A DNA stretch of 64,000 bases from the NCBI GenBank assembly GCA_040754955.1, contig JBFMCA010000010.1, forward strand, positions 1,041 to 65,040. The letters are read 5' to 3'. The DNA is from Acidobacteriota bacterium. GTDB lineage: Bacteria > Acidobacteriota > Vicinamibacteria > Vicinamibacterales > UBA2999. The translations under genes and the position numbers were made by a program. This document shows, piece by piece, positions 16,398 to 24,002 of this stretch. The notes below the pieces were generated by a model. It worked only from the letters and a program-made list of their open reading frames with translations, was not told the origin of the DNA and did not search any database. How positions within the stretch are numbered: the stretch's first letter is position 1; each line of letters starts with the position of its first letter.

Positions 16398-19263
16398 TCT
16401 AGAAGTCGTAGCGGAGGCCGAAGCGAATCACGCGGGGCGCGAGAATCGCCGTGACCTCGTGGAAGTTCACCGTCGTCGTGCGCAAGGTCGTCGGCACGCC
16501 CGAGTTGGTGAGGTTGAAGACGTCGAGCTGGCCGGTCAGCTTGCCGTAGCGGCCCAGGTCGAACGACTTGTCCGCCCGGACGTCCATGATGGCCACGGTC
16601 GGGTAGCGCCGCGTGTTGATCGGCTCGACGCGGAACGTGCGGCTGCCGTCGCCGGGGAACGACACGGTGACGGTGCGGCCGTAGTTCTCGCCGCTCTGCA
16701 CCTTCCACGAGCCCGACAGGCCGATGTCGAAGGGCATGGTGTAGCGGCCGATGACCTTGTAGTTCCAGGTCGTCGACGTCTCGATGCCGTTGTCGCCGAA
16801 GATGCGGCGCGCGGGCAGGAAGTTCTGGTTGTTGGTGAGCCGGTCGTAGCCCGTGGTGTCGTGGAGCATCGTGGACCACGTGTGGCCGACCGAGGTGAGC
16901 AGCATCCAGCGGCCCGAGAAGCGGCGGTTCACCGCGAACTCGATGGTGTGGAAGTCGGCGTCGGCGTCGGGGATGTTCGTGTAGACGCGGTCCTGCGCGA
17001 GCCCGGCCGGCCGGTCGAAGGTCGAAATCGTCTTGTTGTCCGCCGTCGTGGCCAGGTTGTTGTCCGGGCCCGGGTCGGTGAAGGTGAAGGGCACCGTGTA
17101 CTGCGGGCCGCGAATCGTGTCGTACTCGCCCCACACGTTGCGCATGTTCTTGTAGACGTAGGTGGCGCGGCCCGAGAGGCCCCGGACGATCTCGCGCTCG
17201 AGGTTCACCGACAGCTCGTTGCTCGTCGGGCGCGTGAGGTTGCGGTCGACGCGGACGAAGCCGGCGCCGCCCTGCGTGGAGTTGAACGCGCCCAGCTCCT
17301 GCGGACCGTCCAGCAGGCGGTTGCCGTTCAGGTCGCACGCCGTGGTGCGCGTGGCCGTGCAGGGCAGGAAGGCGTAGCGCAGCTGCGCGATGCCCACCGG
17401 ATTCTCCTGGTCCGACAGCGTGTCGGCCGAGTTCCACCGCGACTGCCCGAAGTAGGCCTTGAGCACCGTGCGGTTGTCGCCGCTCAGGTCGTAGGCGAAG
17501 CCCACGCGCGGCGAGGCCGTCAGCGACTCCGAGACCGTCGTGGCCGCGACCGTGCGCGGCGCGATGAACGACAGGTAGCGGGCGCGCTCGACGGGGTTGA
17601 CGTCCGCCGGCCAGTTCGCGAGCTGCGGCAGGCCGTTCGGCGCAAACTGCTGCTCCGGCCAGCCGTCCTCATACGCCTCGATGCGCACGCCCAGGTTGAT
17701 GGTCAGGCGATTGGTGACCTTCCACGTGTCGTTGATCCACGCGGCGGTGTAGTTCACGTCGTTGATGCCGGTCACCGACGTGTTGTAGATGTCCACCTGG
17801 TTGATGACGCCGTTCAGGTCGCGGTAGAAGATGTCGAACGGCTGGTCGCGGAAGAGCTGCCGGCGGTCGCGCTTCCAGTCGAACCCGGCGCGGAAGTCGT
17901 GGCTGCCCTTCCACCCGTCCTGGAAGTACGAGAAGGTGACGTAGAACTGCGGCTTGAACCGCTTCTGGTCCTGGTAGCCGTTGTTCGCGCCGCCCGAGAA
18001 GATCTGGTTGTTGGCCGTGTCGATGCGGCCGGGGCCCCACGGACCGTCGTAGAGGCCGAAGTCGCGGACCGGCCGCAGCGGGAAGAAGTTGTACCACTGC
18101 GCCGCCATCACGTCGAGGAACGCGCGGCTGCCGAGCACGCTCGTCCACTCCACCTTCATCGGGTAGTTGCGCGACGCCTGGTAGTAGGCGGCCGAGAGCG
18201 GCGTCGTCAGGCTGATACCGCGCTTGTCCTGCAGCTTCTCGCGCTTGTTCAGGAAGCCGATGAGCTGGTTGTTCCGATTGAGCTGGAACGTGCCCTTGAA
18301 CGTGTACTTGTTCGAGAGCTTCGAGCGCTCCAAGGTGTCGCCGAGGCCCAGGATGTGCTTGTACTGGTCGTTGAGGCGGTAGCTGTAGAAGAACCACGCC
18401 TTCTGCTTCCAGATCGGCCCGCCGACGTTGAAGTTGAGGTCGTACTGCTTGCTCACCGGGTTGCCGCGCCGGAGCGGCGTGCGGGTGAAGTAGCCCTGCT
18501 CGTTCGGCGTGTTGGCCGTGCGGAGGTAGTCCGGCACGTTGGTCTCGGCGATGGTGTCCTCGTTGAGGAAGTCGCTGTACCAGTTGCCCGAGACCCGGTC
18601 GCCGCCCGACTTGACGCTGATGCTCAGCACCGCGCCGCCCGCAAACGCCGAGGCGTCCGCGCCCGCGCCGCCCACCTGGAACTCCTCGAAGCTGCCGAAG
18701 TCGAAGTAGCCGGCATTGGCCGCCGTGCCCTCGGTGGTGTCGATGCCCTCGAGCCGCGTCTGGTTCTGCGTGTCGAAGCCGTAGGTGCGGTAGCCGGTCT
18801 GGTTGCCCGTGTTCGACCCGCCGACGTCGTAGCCGGTCATCTGGATGCCCGGCGCCTGCGACATCGCCGCCCAGATGTCCCGCGCGTTCGGAATCTCCGT
18901 CAGCAGCTCCTTGGTGAAGTTCGTCCCGACCTGCGTCGTCGACGTGTCGACAATGGGCGATTCGCCCGTGACGGTGACCGTCTCCTGCAGCGTCGCCACC
19001 TGCAGCTGCTGGTCGACCGTCAGCGTCTGGTTGATCACCACGCGGATGCCCTCGCGCCGGACCGTCTGGAACCCGGCCAGCTCGAACATCAACTCGTAGA
19101 CACCGGGGGGAAGCGCGAGAAAGCGGAATTCACCCGCGGCACCGGTCACCTGCACCTGCGGCTGGATCAGCGCCGGGCTCGATGCCGTCACGGTCACACC
19201 CGGCAGCACGGCGCCGGTGTTGTCGACGACCGTGCCGTTGATACGGCCACGGAACTCCTGCGC
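16398..19263. repeat. tandem direct repeat, copy 2 (2,866 bp)
   Basis: See copy 1. Divergence begins at 19264 (cgc|ctcagcg versus cgc|ggccgcc in copy 1). Confidence 0.9.
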
Positions 19264-19335
19264 CTCAGCGGGGAGGCCGGCGAGCAGACTCGCCGACAGG
19301 CACAGGACGAAAACGAGCGTCCTCCTCAACGTCAT
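16399..19335 (-). CDS. TonB-dependent receptor-like outer-membrane beta-barrel (copy B)
   Basis: The ATG at 19333-19335 is preceded by GGAGGG. Its signal peptide (MTLRRTLVFVLCLSASLLAGLPAEA) differs from copy A, and the following 953 aa are identical to copy A. 978 aa. Confidence 0.85.
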   Translation of the reverse strand: MTLRRTLVFVLCLSASLLAGLPAEAQEFRGRINGTVVDNTGAVLPGVTVTASSPALIQPQVQVTGAAGEFRFLALPPGVYELMFELAGFQTVRREGIRVVINQTLTVDQQLQVATLQETVTVTGESPIVDTSTTQVGTNFTKELLTEIPNARDIWAAMSQAPGIQMTGYDVGGSNTGNQTGYRTYGFDTQNQTRLEGIDTTEGTAANAGYFDFGSFEEFQVGGAGADASAFAGGAVLSISVKSGGDRVSGNWYSDFLNEDTIAETNVPDYLRTANTPNEQGYFTRTPLRRGNPVSKQYDLNFNVGGPIWKQKAWFFYSYRLNDQYKHILGLGDTLERSKLSNKYTFKGTFQLNRNNQLIGFLNKREKLQDKRGISLTTPLSAAYYQASRNYPMKVEWTSVLGSRAFLDVMAAQWYNFFPLRPVRDFGLYDGPWGPGRIDTANNQIFSGGANNGYQDQKRFKPQFYVTFSYFQDGWKGSHDFRAGFDWKRDRRQLFRDQPFDIFYRDLNGVINQVDIYNTSVTGINDVNYTAAWINDTWKVTNRLTINLGVRIEAYEDGWPEQQFAPNGLPQLANWPADVNPVERARYLSFIAPRTVAATTVSESLTASPRVGFAYDLSGDNRTVLKAYFGQSRWNSADTLSDQENPVGIAQLRYAFLPCTATRTTACDLNGNRLLDGPQELGAFNSTQGGAGFVRVDRNLTRPTSNELSVNLEREIVRGLSGRATYVYKNMRNVWGEYDTIRGPQYTVPFTFTDPGPDNNLATTADNKTISTFDRPAGLAQDRVYTNIPDADADFHTIEFAVNRRFSGRWMLLTSVGHTWSTMLHDTTGYDRLTNNQNFLPARRIFGDNGIETSTTWNYKVIGRYTMPFDIGLSGSWKVQSGENYGRTVTVSFPGDGSRTFRVEPINTRRYPTVAIMDVRADKSFDLGRYGKLTGQLDVFNLTNSGVPTTLRTTTVNFHEVTAILAPRVIRFGLRYDF

Positions 19336-19553
19336 TCGGGGGCCCTCCAAGAGACCTGAAAAAATGGGCTGAACCGGCTCACCTGTAGCAAACCGGATAC
19401 CACAGCTCATCTGTAGGCCCGTGCCCTTGAGGGCGGCTTTGGGCACGGAATTTCGCGAGGATGTGACATTCCGTGACAATTCGGGCCGTCCGGATCCGGT
19501 CAATTGAAGACCACGCTGCGGGAATCCGTATTGTTCAGCCAGTGACGACGCCA

Positions 19554-20816
19554 ATGACGAAGCCGACAGCCTGCCTCATGACCCTCTCCCTCACGTTCGC
19601 TGCGGCGGCCAGTGCCGGAGCCCAGCAGAACGCTGCCGCGCTCGGGCCCGACCTCCTCAAGCAGCCGGCCGTCCGGGCCGCGCTGGATGCAGCCCGTGCG
19701 GCCGAAGCCGACACCATCGAAGAGCAGATTCGCCTCTGCGAGGTCGAGGCGCCACCCTTCAAGGAGGCCCGGCGCGCCGAACTCTACGCGCGGCTGTTTC
19801 GCGAAGCGGGGCTCCAGAACGTGCGCATCGACCGGGTGGGCAACGTTCTCGGCGAGCGGCCCGGGAGGCAGCGCCGGCCGCACCTGGTCTTTTCGGCACA
19901 CCTCGACACGGTGTTTCCCGAGGGCACCGATGTCCGCGTGACGCGCGAGGGCACCGTGCTCAGGGGACCCGGCATTGGCGACGACTGCCGGGGGTTGGCG
20001 GTCGTGCTGGCCGTGGTCCGGGCGCTCAACGCGGCCAAGGTCCAGACGCCCGGAACCATCACCTTCGTCGGCACCGTGGGGGAGGAAGGGCTGGGCGATC
20101 TGCGCGGCGTGAAGGCGCTGTTCAACGACACGCTGAAAGGCCAGGTCGATCGCTTCGTGTCGATCGACGGCACCGGCCTCGGCATCACGCACATCGCCGT
20201 GGGGAGCCTCCGCTATCGCGTGACGTTCAAGGGGCCGGGCGGGCACAGCTACGGCGCGTTCGGGCTGGTCAATCCGATTCACGCCTTGGGCCGAGCGATG
20301 GCCAGGATTGCCGACTTCGAGGTGCCGCTCGACCCCAAGACCACCTTCAACGTCGGCCGCATCGGCGGCGGAACGTCCGTCAACTCCATTGCCTTCGACG
20401 CGTGGATGGAGGTGGACATGCGGTCGGCCGACGCTGCGTCGCTCACGGCGCTCGACGCGAAATTCCACAAGGCCGTGGACGATGCCGTCGCCGACGAGAA
20501 CGCGCGGTGGGGGCGCCGTGAGCTGACGGTGGTCAAGGACCTTGTCGGCGATCGACCCGCGGGCCGCAGCGCCGCCACCTCACCGATTGTCGAAGCCGCC
20601 GTGTCGGTGACGCGGGCCCTCAACCTGCCCGTGGCGCTCGACGAGGGGTCGACCGACTCGAACATCCCGATGAGCCTCGGCATCCCGGCCGTGACCATCG
20701 ACGGCGGCGGCCGCGGCACCGGCGCCCACGCCCTGCACGAGTCGTTCGACACGACCAACTCATGGCAGGGCACCATCCGCGCCGTGCTTCTGGCCATCGC
20801 GCTGGCGCAGCCATAG
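19554..20816 (+). CDS. M20/M28-family metallopeptidase, secreted
   Basis: ATG at 19554 (MTKPTACLMTLSLTFAAAASAGA signal). Metal-ligand motifs SAHLDTVFP, GIGDDCRG and GEEGLGD are present. Confidence 0.75.
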   Translation: MTKPTACLMTLSLTFAAAASAGAQQNAAALGPDLLKQPAVRAALDAARAAEADTIEEQIRLCEVEAPPFKEARRAELYARLFREAGLQNVRIDRVGNVLGERPGRQRRPHLVFSAHLDTVFPEGTDVRVTREGTVLRGPGIGDDCRGLAVVLAVVRALNAAKVQTPGTITFVGTVGEEGLGDLRGVKALFNDTLKGQVDRFVSIDGTGLGITHIAVGSLRYRVTFKGPGGHSYGAFGLVNPIHALGRAMARIADFEVPLDPKTTFNVGRIGGGTSVNSIAFDAWMEVDMRSADAASLTALDAKFHKAVDDAVADENARWGRRELTVVKDLVGDRPAGRSAATSPIVEAAVSVTRALNLPVALDEGSTDSNIPMSLGIPAVTIDGGGRGTGAHALHESFDTTNSWQGTIRAVLLAIALAQP

Positions 20817-20922
20817 GGGAATGACGAATGACGAATGACAAATGACGAATGACAAAGGCGGGGGACCGACGAGCTGCCGAGGCCCGCTTTCGCCATTCGT
20901 CATTCGCCATTCCTCATTCCCT
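20817..20922. repeat. imperfect palindrome built from heptamer tandem repeats: (AATGACR)x5 - 36 nt - (CGYCATT)x4
   Basis: Left arm 20820-20854, right arm 20891-20918. The inner flanks AAAGGCGGG/CCCGCTTT also pair. It lies between convergent genes, and the right arm overlaps the stop codon of 20914..21465. Confidence 0.8.
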
Positions 20923-21465
20923 GTAGAGCTCCCTGTATCGCTTCAGATCGTGCGCGCGCTGGGCGCGGACGGCGCCGTCGACGCGCAGCAGCCACACCAC
21001 GAAGGCGGCGTGCGGCACGAGCATCAGGCCCAGCTCGACCGGCACCGGGCCCGGCAGGATCACGGCCAGCAGGTTGACGACCGCCGCCATCAGGAACACT
21101 GGCAGGAAGAGCGGATGACCGCCTGCGCCCGGGATCGGGCTGCCAAAGAGGACGGCCGTCCGCTCCCAGGCCGGAGTGGCGGCCAGCGGCCGGCCCCCGG
21201 GCTCTCCGGCATCCTCGTGGAAGACCTGGAGGTATCGGCCGATGCGCTCCGCGCCGAAATGGAGGGTACGCATCGCTTCGAACGTGGCGAGCAGGACCAG
21301 CAGGGGGATCGCGGCGGCAACCGGGTTGGGAAGCAGCGCCAGGACGGCCACCAGCGTGGCGGCCCAGGCGGCCACCCCGGCCACGGCCAGGCCCACGCGG
21401 AGGCTGCCGCGGGCGCGGATGGTGGCCCGGAGGGCGCCGTACTCGTCGCGGCTGAGCTCGTCCAT
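20914..21465 (-). CDS. hypothetical membrane protein (183 aa)
   Basis: ATG at 21463-21465 (MDELSRDEYGALRATIRARG...) followed by about 4 TM helices. The upstream 100 codons of the listed ORF are Pro/Arg-rich noise. Confidence 0.5.
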   Translation of the reverse strand: MDELSRDEYGALRATIRARGSLRVGLAVAGVAAWAATLVAVLALLPNPVAAAIPLLVLLATFEAMRTLHFGAERIGRYLQVFHEDAGEPGGRPLAATPAWERTAVLFGSPIPGAGGHPLFLPVFLMAAVVNLLAVILPGPVPVELGLMLVPHAAFVVWLLRVDGAVRAQRAHDLKRYRELYRE

Positions 21466-21501
21466 GGTTCGTCCAGGTCCCCTAACCGCCGTGTCCCCAT
21501 G

Positions 21502-21510
21502 AAGATAGCA
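21502..21510 (-). promoter_or_regulatory. candidate extended -10 (TGcTATCTT) for 20914..21465
   Basis: Minus strand reads TGCTATCTT, 36 nt upstream of the ATG at 21465. It lies back-to-back with the plus-strand promoter at 21512. Confidence 0.35.
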
Positions 21511-21511
21511 C

Positions 21512-21540
21512 TTGCACCCGCTCACGGAGGCCCGTAGAAT
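21512..21540 (+). promoter_or_regulatory. sigma70-like promoter TTGCAC-N17-TAGAAT for the carboxypeptidase gene
   Basis: -35 at 21512-21517 and -10 at 21535-21540. The leader is about 74 nt, with GAGGA 10 nt before the ATG at 21615. Confidence 0.45.
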
Positions 21541-21614
21541 GCCGATTGCTTTTTTGAGGCTCTCTCCCAGCGGGTCTCGGGTTCCAGCAGCTTTTCGGTG
21601 AGGACGAAAAACCG

Positions 21615-22685
21615 ATGGTGAAGCACGGACGCTTCCCGCGCGCGGTCCGGTTGTGTCGGTCGGTGGCGATGGCCGCTCTGGTGGCCCTCGTCGCCCCGGG
21701 CGCCGCGACATCGGCGGCCGCCGCGGCCCCGCAGCAACGGGCCACGAAGACCCCGGCACGGGCACAGGCCAAGCCGGCGCATTCGGCCGACGCCGCCCGG
21801 GCGCGCCGGGCCCGGCTGGCGCGGCAGCGGGCCGCTGCCGCTCAGCGCGCCCTCCAGGACGCCCAGACGCCCCGCTTCCGGATCGACGACCTCGGCCGCG
21901 AAGTGCCCGACGTGCGGGCCGCGGCCGCGATCGTCTACAACCCCGAGACCGAGGAGGTGCTCTGGGAGTCGAACGCGCAGGCGCCGCGCTCGATTGCGAG
22001 CATCACCAAGGTGATGACGGCAATCGTGACGCTCGACAGCGGGATCCCGCTCGACTCGGTCGTCACCATCCAGCGCAGCGACGTGCTGCGTGCCTCCGTC
22101 ACGTATCTCGCGACGGGCTACAAGGTCACGGTCGAGGATCTGCTCAACCTCACGCTGGTCGCATCGGACAACGCGGCGGCCCGCGCGCTGGCCCGTGTCT
22201 CGCCGTACGGCGCCCGGGGATTCGTGGACCGGATGAACGAGAAGGCCGTCGAGCTGGGACTGACCAACACCCACTATGCGGATCCCTCGGGGCTCCTGGC
22301 CGCGAACGAGTCGTCGGCGTACGATCAGGCCCGCCTCATCGCGTACGCGTCCGGCGACGAGCGCATCAGCGCGATGATGCGCAAGGCGCAGCACTCGGTC
22401 CGCCTCGGCCGGCGCATCGTGACGGTGAACAGCACGAACCAGATCGTGAAGACCGGCGACATCGACGTGCTGGGTGGCAAGACCGGCTTCATCAGCCGAT
22501 CGGGCTACTGCCTGGCCACGCTGCTGCGGCTGCCCGAGACGGGCCAGCAGGTGGCCGTGGTCGTGCTGGGCGCCCAGTCGAATGTCGGGCGATTCTGGGA
22601 AACCCGCCACCTGTTCAACTGGGTCGCCTCGAAGGCGCGCGCCGTGTTTTCCGCCTCGAACCTCGACCAGCCGGACGAGAACTGA
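21615..22685 (+). CDS. D-alanyl-D-alanine carboxypeptidase (S11 serine peptidase / low-MW PBP)
   Basis: SxxK (SITKVMT), SxN (ASDNAAA) and KTG (GGKTGFI) motifs occur in the correct order. An N-terminal signal peptide is followed by an Ala/Arg-rich linker. Confidence 0.85.
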   Translation: MVKHGRFPRAVRLCRSVAMAALVALVAPGAATSAAAAAPQQRATKTPARAQAKPAHSADAARARRARLARQRAAAAQRALQDAQTPRFRIDDLGREVPDVRAAAAIVYNPETEEVLWESNAQAPRSIASITKVMTAIVTLDSGIPLDSVVTIQRSDVLRASVTYLATGYKVTVEDLLNLTLVASDNAAARALARVSPYGARGFVDRMNEKAVELGLTNTHYADPSGLLAANESSAYDQARLIAYASGDERISAMMRKAQHSVRLGRRIVTVNSTNQIVKTGDIDVLGGKTGFISRSGYCLATLLRLPETGQQVAVVVLGAQSNVGRFWETRHLFNWVASKARAVFSASNLDQPDEN

Positions 22686-22699
22686 CGGGGCGGGCGCCG

Positions 22700-23020
22700 C
22701 TACGAGCAGGTGACGGCGGTGCCCGACGCGCTCACCATGAGCATCGAGCCGCCCTGGCCGACGGTTTCGTAGTCGAGATCCACTCCTACCACGGCGTTGG
22801 CGCCGAGCGCGCGGGCCTGCTCGAGCATCTCTTCCACGGCGAGGTCCTTGGCCCGCCGCAGCTCCCTCTCGTAGGTGGCCGAGCGGCCGCCGACGATGTC
22901 GCGGATGCCGGCGAAGAGGTCCTTGAAGATGTTGGCGCCCATGATGGCCTCGCCCGTGACGAGCCCGTGGTACTTCACGATGGTCTTGCCGTCGAGGACG
23001 CTGGTCGTGGAGACAATCAT
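22700..23020 (-). CDS. ybjQ: YbjQ/UPF0145 family protein
   Basis: 106 aa with full-length resemblance to the family ([29 protein letters not shown]...[16 protein letters not shown]...[13 protein letters not shown]). GGAGGG SD. Confidence 0.85.
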   Translation of the reverse strand: MIVSTTSVLDGKTIVKYHGLVTGEAIMGANIFKDLFAGIRDIVGGRSATYERELRRAKDLAVEEMLEQARALGANAVVGVDLDYETVGQGGSMLMVSASGTAVTCS

Positions 23021-23025
23021 GGGGG

Positions 23026-23910
23026 TTACCCTCCGGTGAAGCCCTTCTGCATCACGACGGCGTCCAGCGGGAGCGTCGCGATGGCGTCAAGGCCGGGCAG
23101 AATGGGCCGTCCCGCCGTCCGGCCGTCGAGCGCCTTGAGGTAACGCCGGCACGTCTGGCAGGCCGCGACCCGGTAGAGTCCGTCGGGGGTGGCGAAGCTC
23201 GTGATGCGGTCCCGAGAGGCCTCGCCGCAGAACGGGCAGGCAATGCTGTCGAAGGGCCAGCGCGCGGCGCACCGGCCGCAGCAGAGGACGCGCTCCCCGG
23301 CGCTGGTGAGCACGGCCAGCGCGGGGTCGCCGCCGCAGATGGGGCACGAGCCCTGACGCCAGGCGGCGAGCGAGACGCGCTGGGTCAACACTTCGGCCGC
23401 CCGGGTGAGGAAGGGGCGCAGCGCCCACGCCAGCACGTCGTCGAGCATCTCGGGCGATGCCTCCTGGGGCGCCGCTCTGTCCCCAGTCGCGTCGGCCGGC
23501 TCCGACGTGAGGCCCGACCCCGAAGGCCCGTACCAGCGCGCCGCGAGATCCGGCAGCGCGGGACCGCGGCCAACCGCGTGCAGCGCCTCGGCGGTCTCCG
23601 CCTCGATCGCGTCGTAGCGTCGGAGGACGTCGGTGGCCTGGCGGAAGAGCAGGCGGACCTCGGTCCAGTCCACCGGGAGGGCGTCGAAGTCGAGCAGGCG
23701 CCGGCCCGTCGCCAGGCGCGCCTGCAGCTCGGCGTCGGGCACGTCAATCCAGGGGGTGGTAATGCGGCTCAGGACGCGGCGCTGGCTCTCGAGCAGCTCG
23801 ACCTGCAGGGACGCGGCGGCCTCGAGCGCGGGCTCGCGCGCCGCGAGGGCCTTCAGCTCGACGATCTCACGGGTGTCCGCGCGCCCGGCGCGCGGTGACG
23901 GGGAGGCCAC
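23026..23910 (-). CDS. FdhE-like (formate dehydrogenase accessory-type) Cys-rich protein
   Basis: C-terminal CxxC pairs CPICGG...CCGRCAARW...CPFCGE...CQTCRRYLK match the FdhE rubredoxin-like arrangement. The listed start (TTG 23949) lies inside the upstream terminator. GTG 23910 is preferred, with TACAAT 6 nt upstream. Confidence 0.65.
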   Translation of the reverse strand: MASPSPRAGRADTREIVELKALAAREPALEAAASLQVELLESQRRVLSRITTPWIDVPDAELQARLATGRRLLDFDALPVDWTEVRLLFRQATDVLRRYDAIEAETAEALHAVGRGPALPDLAARWYGPSGSGLTSEPADATGDRAAPQEASPEMLDDVLAWALRPFLTRAAEVLTQRVSLAAWRQGSCPICGGDPALAVLTSAGERVLCCGRCAARWPFDSIACPFCGEASRDRITSFATPDGLYRVAACQTCRRYLKALDGRTAGRPILPGLDAIATLPLDAVVMQKGFTGG

Positions 23911-23916
23911 GGGGCG

Positions 23917-23922
23917 ATTGTA
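23917..23922 (-). promoter_or_regulatory. candidate -10 box (TACAAT) 6 nt upstream of GTG 23910
   Basis: Minus strand reads TACAAT-cgcccc-GTG. It lies immediately downstream of the terminator hairpin. Confidence 0.4.
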
Positions 23923-23940
23923 GTGCAGGCGGGCCTGCCC

Positions 23941-23980
23941 CAAAGACAACGGCCCGGCTCCCCTTGGGAGGCCGGGCCGT
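23941..23980 (-). terminator. probable intrinsic terminator after receptor C
   Basis: Perfect 10-bp stem ACGGCCCGGC/GCCGGGCCGT (23949-23958 / 23971-23980). On the minus strand it is followed by TTGTCTTTG. Confidence 0.5.
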
Positions 23981-24002
23981 GCCAGTGTCGGGTTGGGCGC
24001 GT

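Noticed and set aside
13181-17437. 1418-aa ORF spanning both receptor copies
   Set aside because: Its first ~440 codons are an out-of-frame reading of copy B (the same peptide as the 350-aa ORF 13167..14219) and are Arg/Pro/His-rich noise. The real gene starts at ATG 16114, which has an SD and a signal peptide.
13055-19359. Very long plus-strand ORFs (1098 aa and 1001 aa) antisense to the receptor genes, plus similar ones at 23895..27389, 37615..40083, 58413..61070, 10745..13018, 29473..31542 and 40979..42475
   Set aside because: These are typical stop-codon-poor antisense or alternate frames of high-GC genes. Their translations are Arg/Ala/Gly/Pro-rich with no recognisable domains, while the opposite or alternate frame has clear family motifs.
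20817-20922. CRISPR array or minisatellite-encoded peptide (ORFs 20620..20910 and 20842..21537 translate the repeats as FVIRHSSF...)
   Set aside because: The repeat units are only 7 nt, with no spacers and no cas genes. The ORFs are just translations of the repeat, so I treat it as a non-coding palindromic repeat.
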